The notes under the pieces were generated by a model. It searched no databases. It saw only the letters and a program-made list of their open reading frames with translations, and had not been told where the DNA came from. Of a DNA stretch of 25,922 nt, positions 11,301 to 19,000 are shown piece by piece (the stretch's first letter is position 1; each line of letters begins with the position of its first letter). Source of the stretch: a virus (lineage: Duplodnaviria; Caudoviricetes); IMG/VR virus record IMGVR_UViG_3300030085_003578, positions 1 to 25,922 of that record. The stretch is one strand, 5' to 3'. Both the position numbers and the translations under genes were made by a program.

Positions 11301-14300
11301 CAACATTATCTTCCAAGAATTGATAAGATAATGATGGATACACAAGGTGTGTTTAGTACTACAGAAGGATCTGCAAGCTCTAAACCTGTACCTCCTCAAG
11401 ACTCTGCCACTGCAATGACATTAGGTTTGGTTACTGTTCCAGTATTTCCAACTCTTGCAAGTCTACCTGCAGCAAGATCAGCACGACCAGATTATGCATA
11501 TCAAATAGTAAGTAGACAACAACGTAACTTTACTATGAAAGATATTTCTCAAATTAAAAATGAAGTTAGGAAGATACAATATTATACATCTCTTAACTTG
11601 TTAGAGAAACAAGCAATTGATCTTACAATTCCATCTTCTGCAAATAGTTCATTAGAGAGATTCAAAAACGGAATATTAGTAGATAACTTTGTTGATCAAA
11701 CTACAGCTGACATTGGAAGCAGAGAGTTCAAAGCTGGATATGATAAAGTTAACCAAGTTCTAACTACAAGACAAAAAAATAACATTATTGATATCACACC
11801 AAATACATTTGCAAATACAGTTAAGACTGGTGATTTGATTACATTAACATTTGATCATACATCAGAATATGAACAAAGATCTGCAACTAGAACTAGAAAC
11901 TTAGCTGAGTTATTTTGGAGTTACAATGGTATTGTTAATGTTCTTCCAAGCTATGATAACTTTCATGATATAAGACATCCACCATCTAATGACTTTCATG
12001 TTGAGTTAGACTTAACAGCTGGTACAAGATCTCTATTGAATAGTATAAGAGATCTAGAAGCTATACAAGAGCCTCGAAGTGAAGTTATAGGTGACACATC
12101 AGTTACTAACTTTCTTGGTTCAACACAAAGTTCTGTAGTTACTCCAGTAGCAAGTAGAACAGCTGGTGGTACAACAACAAGACAAGATACTACTACTACA
12201 ACAGTCAACAACTTTCAAACTATTAGAACTATAAGACGACAGCAAAGTGAGAACCAGTTTCAAACTCAAGATATAGTCAATACACAAACTGTTGGTGAGT
12301 TTGTAAGAGATATATCATTCAATCCTTTCATAAGAGAACAGTTGTTGTACTTACATGCATTTGGATTGAAACCAAATACAAGACACTATGTATACTTTGA
12401 CTCTAAAGCTGTAAGTTCACAATGCCAACCTGCTACAGTCAATAGTTCAGATTCAATTACTGAAGCTAACTTCAGAACAACTGGTGCAGTTGGTGATGCA
12501 TTAAGAACTAATGAAAATGGTGAAATATTTGTTGTATTTCATTTACCTGCAGAAACATATCCTGTAGGTGAGAGACAAGTTAATATAGCTGATCAAACAA
12601 CAGTTGCAGCAGCAAAGGATACTGGATCTAAAGCTGGTGGTGTGTTCAATGCATACAACTTTGGTATTGATAAGGCTAGCATACAACTTACAACAAGACA
12701 ACTAGAAGTTAGAAGAGAAAGAGTTATTACTGGACAAACGGTTGAAACTCAAGCTACTAGATCTAGAAGGACACAAACAAATACAGTTGCTGGTCCATCA
12801 ACATTTGTAGCAGATCCTGCTCCAGCAGCTCCTCCTCCTCAAGTACTTAATACTCCTGAACAGATAGAAGCAGCTACAGGAGATGGAGATGGTGATGGAG
12901 ACGGCGATGGAGATCCATTAGCACAAACATTTATTGTTAAGAACTTGGATACAGATACAGGACAATTCTTAACTAAAGTTGATGTATTCTTTGAAAGTAA
13001 AGATCCAACTCTTGGAGTTCTATTACAACTTAGAACTGTTGAGAATGGTTTCCCATCATCTAAAGTAATGCCTAATGGAGAAGTTCATTTAAGATCTGCA
13101 GATGTAAACACAAGTACAGATGGAAGTGTAGTTACTACATTTAACTTCCCATCACCAGTATTTGTAAGAACTGGACTAGAATATTGTATTGTATTGAAAC
13201 CAGATGCAAACAATCCAAACTACAATGTATATGTTCGTAAAACAGGACAAGCTGATCTTACAACAAATACTATCTTAAACAGAGATGGCTTTGAAGGTGT
13301 CTTGTTCTTATCAACAAACAACAGAGCTTGGAAACCATATCAACAAGAAGACATCAAGTTTACAATATACAGAGCTGAATTCAATGCATCAACAGGTAGT
13401 GTAGACTATCAAAATGCTGATCACGAGTTCTTTTCATTAGAAAGTATCAATGGAACATTTGAACAAGGAGAAAGAGCCTTTGTCTACGACAACAGTGCAA
13501 ACATCACAGGTAACGTATCTTTTTCGGCAACTAGCGAAACGGTTACTGGATCAGGTTCGACGTTCACATCAGACCTGGCTGTAGGAAACTTTGTTGCATT
13601 AACAAATGGAACATCTCACTCAGTTAGAGAAGTAACTGCAATTGCAAACAATACTAGCTTGACTGTAAGAGGATTTCCAGACTTTACATCTTCTTCTGCT
13701 GATATACAATTGACTCCAACTGGTGAAGTGTTCTATTATGAAAGTACTGATCAGTTGAAAGAAATGCATCTTATCAAATCTACAGCAGCAAATGCTACAT
13801 TCAAGTTTGCTAACACAAACAGTATTGTTGGTAGTGATTCAGCTGCAAATGCTACAATTACAACTGTTGATAATATTAACATGACAGCATTTGATAATAT
13901 GATGTATCAAATCACTCCAGCAGATACAGCACTTACACAATACCATCAATCTAACACTGCTACTGGACAAACAGCAAATACACAAATGCCAATCAACAAT
14001 AGAAATAGATTGACAGAAGTTGCTATCATTAAGAGTAGATCAAATGAGATTGTGGATGGTACAGGCAAGTCTCTGAAGCATACATTCTTATTCAACTCAG
14101 CTAAGACTCATTTGTCTCCTGTTATAGATGATGGTATTAGTAACATACTAAGAGTTGAGAACATAATCAACAACAGTAATACTAATGAACATCTACCAGA
14201 TACAGGTAGTGCATTGTCTAAGTATGTTTCAAAAGCTGTTACATTGGATGATGGATTAGATGCTGAAGATCTAAGAGTATTTGTTACAGCTACAAAACCA

Positions 14301-14876
14301 GGATCTGCAGAAGTAGAGGTATATGGTAGAATATCTAATGAGTTAGAAGTTGATGACTTTCAAGATAGACATTGGACAAGACTACAACTTCAAGGATTCA
14401 ATAAACAATCTGCTCCAGGTTCTTTAGATGACTTTGCAGAATATGAATATAGAATACCTGATACACCTCCATCAACTCAATTAGATGGTAAAGGTTTAGC
14501 TGATAATGCAAACACTTTGATAGCAACAACGGATGATCAATCTAGTGCAATAGCAGCTGGTGATCTTCTAAAAATTGTCAACACAGATGCAGCTATAGAT
14601 TATCAAATAGAAACTGTCACAGCAGTTAACACTACAGTGATTACAGTTGGTAATGCAATTAGTTTTGATAATACTCAAGCAGATATATTCAAAGTTGATA
14701 CACCGCAAACAGCTTTCAAAGATCCACAAAATAGTTTCATAGCAACATACTACAACTCAAATCAAAACAAATTTGATACATTCAAAAACTTTCAGATCAA
14801 AATTGTATTGTTAAGTGATAATGCAGCAAGATCACCTAGAGTCAAAGACTTTAGAGCATTAGCATTGAGTATATAA
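8313..14876 (+). CDS. Large virion/baseplate structural protein, VrlC-like (DUF4815 type), 2187 aa
   Basis: Motifs NLNVSPYFDDFD, RVLFKP...QARELTQLQSILQNQIEKFG, APGADRLK, LAKRTFEESGDY, DSIDFRP, YLPRIDK, RFKNGILVDNF, DPLAQTF and a C-terminal F..FQIKIVL.S....PRVKDFRALAL. AGAGGA RBS. Follows gp8 as in marine/alphaproteobacterial T4-like phages. Confidence 0.88.
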   Translation: MSRTLDTNLNVSPYFDDFDVDSQHHRVLFKPSVPIQARELTQLQSILQNQIEKFGDVVVKDGSIIEGCSFNIKSAEYVKLLDRNTDNELYTVSEFANGYIQHESSNLIMQTIDSKAGFEITNPDLNTLYGRYVNTGNSGGTDKVEFVAGETVKFYPANGQISNTFTINDGGAAFTNGDTLIFTATRGINASANVTTNSTGGITAVTLIKAGQDFQITDVPTITFDTAGGTGANITCTVNSTASFEIAGLGFASTGNTEFDPVGKTLRVQVSDGTIYQKGHFVEVFSQGVNVKDYDLKPNNFSVGFITEESIVNSSSNTALLDNSSGFNNENAPGADRLKLTPNLISNTTTNAQSTNNFLSLIKFQNGLPTTVREETQFSEIGEELAKRTFEESGDYVVKPFAFSTEENTANTDLDTMVIGAGKAFVKGFRNETVGASRIQIRKGTDFANVENATISQNYGNYIVVNEYLGSFDFNTAAEVKLLDTAGNRISTCPAGSAETVPSTNSATQVTASGPSFTGNIVGTARVRSVVYEDNTPGSAEGEYRLYLFDVNMNQGKNFADVRSVSYFTGSNAGVGFADVKLTNGRAVLQDTNLRKFIVPTGIKGIKTFNHKTDNEASYTYRTISTGTAATNGTIVLTLTGNQIFDYTGGSTLSTDQEREFVIVANNTSAQTAALSGTVTTTTSNVVTGSSTTFTTDFQVGDTIRVAGSEDELITGITNATHLTTLGAFSTAVSGAAYRRLYVADKPIHLDGTSSNVTISSDQKSATINMSRGKTLESTFALLVKHNVTKREAAQKDKLLSANTYVKINCATNADTSVGPWCLGVPDVYQLQKVYVQYNNFTSIEASGNDFTAHFDLLPNQKDGFYDLSKLKLRTDTVGAPTINSTARILAVFNHFRESGSGFGYATVDSYPVDDATATLPADKIRTEGIPIYLSPTDGETFDLRDSIDFRPQAANTANTTNATTAAGATTNPVKTVSFSGEQYIAAPGENMTLDYQHYLPRIDKIMMDTQGVFSTTEGSASSKPVPPQDSATAMTLGLVTVPVFPTLASLPAARSARPDYAYQIVSRQQRNFTMKDISQIKNEVRKIQYYTSLNLLEKQAIDLTIPSSANSSLERFKNGILVDNFVDQTTADIGSREFKAGYDKVNQVLTTRQKNNIIDITPNTFANTVKTGDLITLTFDHTSEYEQRSATRTRNLAELFWSYNGIVNVLPSYDNFHDIRHPPSNDFHVELDLTAGTRSLLNSIRDLEAIQEPRSEVIGDTSVTNFLGSTQSSVVTPVASRTAGGTTTRQDTTTTTVNNFQTIRTIRRQQSENQFQTQDIVNTQTVGEFVRDISFNPFIREQLLYLHAFGLKPNTRHYVYFDSKAVSSQCQPATVNSSDSITEANFRTTGAVGDALRTNENGEIFVVFHLPAETYPVGERQVNIADQTTVAAAKDTGSKAGGVFNAYNFGIDKASIQLTTRQLEVRRERVITGQTVETQATRSRRTQTNTVAGPSTFVADPAPAAPPPQVLNTPEQIEAATGDGDGDGDGDGDPLAQTFIVKNLDTDTGQFLTKVDVFFESKDPTLGVLLQLRTVENGFPSSKVMPNGEVHLRSADVNTSTDGSVVTTFNFPSPVFVRTGLEYCIVLKPDANNPNYNVYVRKTGQADLTTNTILNRDGFEGVLFLSTNNRAWKPYQQEDIKFTIYRAEFNASTGSVDYQNADHEFFSLESINGTFEQGERAFVYDNSANITGNVSFSATSETVTGSGSTFTSDLAVGNFVALTNGTSHSVREVTAIANNTSLTVRGFPDFTSSSADIQLTPTGEVFYYESTDQLKEMHLIKSTAANATFKFANTNSIVGSDSAANATITTVDNINMTAFDNMMYQITPADTALTQYHQSNTATGQTANTQMPINNRNRLTEVAIIKSRSNEIVDGTGKSLKHTFLFNSAKTHLSPVIDDGISNILRVENIINNSNTNEHLPDTGSALSKYVSKAVTLDDGLDAEDLRVFVTATKPGSAEVEVYGRISNELEVDDFQDRHWTRLQLQGFNKQSAPGSLDDFAEYEYRIPDTPPSTQLDGKGLADNANTLIATTDDQSSAIAAGDLLKIVNTDAAIDYQIETVTAVNTTVITVGNAISFDNTQADIFKVDTPQTAFKDPQNSFIATYYNSNQNKFDTFKNFQIKIVLLSDNAARSPRVKDFRALALSI
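12879..12914 (+). repeat. (Gly-Asp)6 coding microrepeat in the VrlC-like gene
   Basis: gga gat gga gat ggt gat gga gac ggc gat gga gat; its last Asp is the D of the conserved DPLAQTF motif. Confidence 0.9.
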
Positions 14877-14877
14877 C

Positions 14878-15093
14878 ATGAGTGATGTTGTAAGATACGA
14901 GACTGATAATGACTCTTATGATCGCGATCCTAACTCCATGGCTCTTATAAATACTGATAGGAATGCCTTCGAGCTCTATAAGAGTAGAAGGAAAGATGCG
15001 ATAGAAGCAAAGACATTACATAATGACGTTGAAAAACTCAAGTCAGACATTGGTGAAATAAAAGAATTGTTGCAGAATTTAGTTAGAGGATAG
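14878..15093 (+). CDS. Small coiled-coil protein (71 aa) of the type usually found after VrlC-like genes
   Basis: RDPNSMALINTD...Y motif followed by heptad-like DVEKLKSDIGEIKELLQNLV. One-base gaps to both neighbours. Confidence 0.8.
   Translation: MSDVVRYETDNDSYDRDPNSMALINTDRNAFELYKSRRKDAIEAKTLHNDVEKLKSDIGEIKELLQNLVRG
14946..14953 (+). promoter_or_regulatory. T4-type late promoter consensus TATAAATA
   Basis: Exact match to the gp55-dependent late promoter consensus, inside the 71-aa ORF and about 140 nt upstream of the fibre gene cluster. Confidence 0.6.
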
Positions 15094-15094
15094 T

Positions 15095-15754
15095 ATGGCA
15101 AAAACATCTTTTTTAGGAGCTAACATTGCTGTAGCTACTGATACCTTCAGAGAATGGGTTGAAAGAACAAATCAACTTGTTTATGATGCAGGTACAATAA
15201 TAGTTACAGTTGGTGCAGTTAGTTCTCCAAACTCAACAAACCATACTATTACTACAGGAAATGGTCATGTAAATGGCTTCTTCTCTGCTAATACATTAGT
15301 TGCTAAGGATACAATAAGAGGTGGTACTGTTGCAACAGCAGCAGCTCTTAATGTTGCATCCAATGTTCATGTATCTGCAAATGTAACTCATGATATTGGT
15401 ACACCTACTATGATGGTTGCAAATGGATATTTTAACAACATATTAGTAGCTGGTGATGTTGAAGCTAGTTTTTCATCTGACATAAAATTGAAAACTGATA
15501 TCTTACAAATGACTAATGCAATGGAAGTTGTAAGTAAAATAAATGGTTATCAGTTTAGATGGAAGACAGATGATCAGAAAAATGGACAGCTTGATTTAGG
15601 TGTTATTGCTCAAGAGATAGAAGAAGAATTACCTTTTCTTGTTTCTACAAACGGTAACGGAAACAAAGCAGTTAAGTACCAATCGCTCATTCCTCTGTTA
15701 ATAGAAGCTATTAAAGAACTCAATAATAGAGTTGAAGAATTGGAGAAAGAGTAA
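15095..15754 (+). CDS. Short tail fibre protein with C-terminal intramolecular chaperone (Peptidase S74/ICA domain)
   Basis: N-terminal DTFREWVERTNQL anchor-like motif. SDIKLKTDI...INGYQFRW...GVIAQEIE...V.Y..LIPLLIEAIKEL plus a coiled-coil end is the S74 chaperone signature. GAGGA RBS. Confidence 0.9.
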   Translation: MAKTSFLGANIAVATDTFREWVERTNQLVYDAGTIIVTVGAVSSPNSTNHTITTGNGHVNGFFSANTLVAKDTIRGGTVATAAALNVASNVHVSANVTHDIGTPTMMVANGYFNNILVAGDVEASFSSDIKLKTDILQMTNAMEVVSKINGYQFRWKTDDQKNGQLDLGVIAQEIEEELPFLVSTNGNGNKAVKYQSLIPLLIEAIKELNNRVEELEKE

Positions 15755-16047
15755 TGCCATTAAAAGTAGCTGGCGTAACTATTGTTAACAGCACCGCCAA
15801 TGTTCAAACAGCAACACTTCCAGACACGGGTATATCAACTGGTAACTTTGGAAATACAACTTTTGCAATAACTGCAAATGTTACAAGTAGAGGTCTCGTG
15901 AATGCTATTAGTACTGCAGAGATAACAAAAACATCTCGCAACTTTGAAGCAGCCTCTAACAATGATTCGTCGTATGTTGTTTACGTTAGCACATCAGGTC
16001 CATCTGGTGGTGCAAATGGAGACATCTGGTACCAGACATTTAGTTAA
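15754..16047 (+). CDS. Small fibre-associated protein (97 aa)
   Basis: TAATG coupling. Contains L.DTGIS.G.FG......NV.SRG.V (fibre-repeat-like) and ends in VSTSGPSGGANGDIWYQ, a motif common in phage fibre proteins. Confidence 0.7.
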   Translation: MPLKVAGVTIVNSTANVQTATLPDTGISTGNFGNTTFAITANVTSRGLVNAISTAEITKTSRNFEAASNNDSSYVVYVSTSGPSGGANGDIWYQTFS

Positions 16048-16061
16048 GGCATATATAAAGT

Positions 16062-19000
16062 ATGTCTTACTCTACACGACTCTACGCAAAAGAATACGCA
16101 GGAGGTGAACGAACCTTCGAGATCTCGTATACTGGAGAGAATACGAGAACTCCATACATTGTGTATACAAATGCGTTCCATGGATTCTACAATGGATTTG
16201 AAGGAGTCTATACCAAGAGTAGGACATCTACACTAGCTTGGCAATCTAACTTTGCTGGCAACTATACAAAGACCTATGAAGGTTTTACTAACTATCAATC
16301 TCAAGATACAACAACATACTCTAAGGCTTATACATCCTTAAAGAACTTTTCTGGTGTAGATGGATACAGAAAAGAGTATGGTTCAGAAACCAATCAGCCA
16401 GATAGTATCTGGGCTGCAATGAACATACTTGCAAACTATTCTGGTACTTACTCTTCAGATATAGGTTACAGTCGTGTAGTTGGATATGTTGGTGATGGTC
16501 CATATGATGGAGCATCATTTACTGGAACATATGAAGGTGTTGCAAACTTTACTCCAACATATTCTGGTTTCATTGGCTTTGCACAATACACAAAAACATA
16601 TGAAGGATCAACTGATTATCTCAAAACATATCAGAAGACATATGTTGGTGAAACAATTTACCAAGCTGAATGGCAAAGAGCATATGCTAAACAATATGCA
16701 GGTTTAGCAAACTATACAAAGGCATATCAAAAAGATTATGAAGGTTTAGTAAACTACTCAGCAGGTCCTTGGGTTGGAGCTGATAGCTTTATAGTTTTTA
16801 CAAAAAACTATGGTGGAGCTATAACATATCTAGATTCTACTGGTGCTGGTTTCACAGGTTTCATTAACTACACAAAAGAATATCAAAATCTAAGATACTA
16901 TACAGTACAGGTAAACTATACAAAAGATTATACAAAATCATACACTGGTGCTGCTAACTATGAAAAGCAATATGTAGGTAGAGCATCATATGCTGCTGAT
17001 GAAAACTTTAACAAAGACTACGTAAAAGCATATAATGTAACAGCTAACTTTACCAAAGTATGGTCTGGTGGACAAACATATGAAGGTCCAGTAAACTATG
17101 ATGGTGCATCATATACTGGAACATACCAAGGTGATACTGTTTACTCAACACTTATCTACTATGTTGCAACATCTGATTATACTGGATCATATAGTGGTGT
17201 TGCCACCAACTCATTCTTAGGATTAGCTTATGAAGGTGTATACAACAAAACATACGTTGGTGATTATGTAAAGACTTATACCAAAAATTGGTTGAAAGAT
17301 TATACTAAGATTTGGGTTAAGGCCTATGATAAAAATTGGGTCAAAGCATATGACAAGCTGTATGTAGGTGACTACGAAAAAGAATACCTTCTCTCTTATC
17401 ATAAAGATTATGAAGCAACATATACTAAATTATGGCAAGCTGATTATCAAGTTGCATATGATAAAACATATGAAGGTACGTTTGATACAATTTATGAAAA
17501 AGCGTATACCAAAAACTGGGTAAAAGACTACAATAAAGATTACACAAAGGCTTGGGTTGGTACTTACAATAAAGATTATGTAAAAACATATTCTAAGATA
17601 TATCAAAAAGACTGGGTCAAAGATTATGATAAGATATATGTTGGACCAGTTTTCTACGGTGGCTTTGCTTCTGGATCACAAACGACAAACTATACTAAAG
17701 TATGGCAAGCAAGTTATGTAAAAGATTATGAAAAAGATTGGGAAAAGGCATACGTTAAATCATACGAAGGATCGTTTGATACCAATTATGTTATAGCATA
17801 TCAAAAAGACTTTCTCAAAGATTATATCAAAGGTTACACTAAAACATATACTGGTGTATATACAAAGATATGGAACGCATCTTTCCTCAAAGACTGGGCT
17901 GCAGACTATGCCAAGATATGGACTAAGAACTATGATGAGTCTTGGGCCAAGGAATGGGAAAAGGATTACGGTAAAACATACACCAAGATCTGGGAAAAGG
18001 TATGGCAGAAAGATTATGTAACTGACTATGAAAAAGATTATGTCAAAACATATACAACAGATTACAACAAAGATTACGTAAAAACTTATTCCAAAGATTA
18101 TGTAAAAACATATGAAACAGATTATACAAAAATATGGTCAAAAGATTATGCTGATGACTATACTAGAGTTTGGGAAAAAGCATACGATAAGATCTATGAA
18201 AAAGTTTGGACCAAGACTTATACTAAGAACTGGGTAAAAGACTACGAGAAGAATTACGTAGCAGCATACATCAAAAACTATGATAAGACTTGGGAAAAAG
18301 ATTATGTAACTGATTATGATAAAGTTTATCTAACTGATTGGAACAAAGGTTACGTCAAAACTTATACAGCTGCATATACAAAAGACTGGGATAAGGTTTG
18401 GACTAAAACATACACCAAAGCATATGTTGGTGCTTATACTAAGATTTGGGAAAAGAACTGGGATAAGAATTATGTTAAGTCTTACGACAAAGCATGGGTT
18501 GGTGTATATCAAAAAGATTACATAACATCTTATCATGTTCCATACGACAACTTTGATGATACTGTTCTGTTACTAAATGCAGAGGCTCCAACAGCTACAG
18601 ATAATGATACAGACTTTCATGACTTGTCTGATCAAGGTAACCATGTTACAACTGTACACGGTAATGCTGCTAAGAGTACAGATCAAAAGAAATTTGGTTC
18701 TGCATCTATAGAAGTTCCAAGTAGTGGTTCTAGTGGTCTAACAATCAACTTTGCAGATGATGACTTTAATTTTGGCAATGAAGACTTTACAATTGAGTTT
18801 TGGTTAAGAGCTCCAGGTACAAACAATGCAACAATCTTAGAAGCATATGCATCTGCTGACAATAGTGTCAAGTGGGCTATAAGAGGTAACGATGCAAGTA
18901 GTCCAAGTCAAATTATATTCTACGAAGGAACAACTGCAAGAGTTACAGCAGATGACAATAGTCCATGGTCATCTGATACATTTAACCATGTTGCAATCGT

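Noticed and set aside
816-12211. Minus-strand and nested ORFs of 60-150 aa overlapping the baseplate genes
   Set aside because: They lie antisense to or within well-supported genes and show no motifs. Such shadows are expected from biased codon usage.
3864-14876. Apparent abundance of N-x-S/T glycosylation sequons
   Set aside because: A hand count in gp8 gives about 13 of 57 Asn in sequons, roughly what the high Ser+Thr content predicts. Only the Ala-Asn bias stood out.
8313-14876. VrlC label as evidence of a virulence factor; possible intein in this large gene
   Set aside because: The name is historical and the context is clearly structural. I saw no intein splice motifs or homing endonuclease signature.
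16048-16061. ATATATAAAGT before the giant gene as a late promoter
   Set aside because: It does not match TATAAATA well and sits almost on the start codon; too weak to call.
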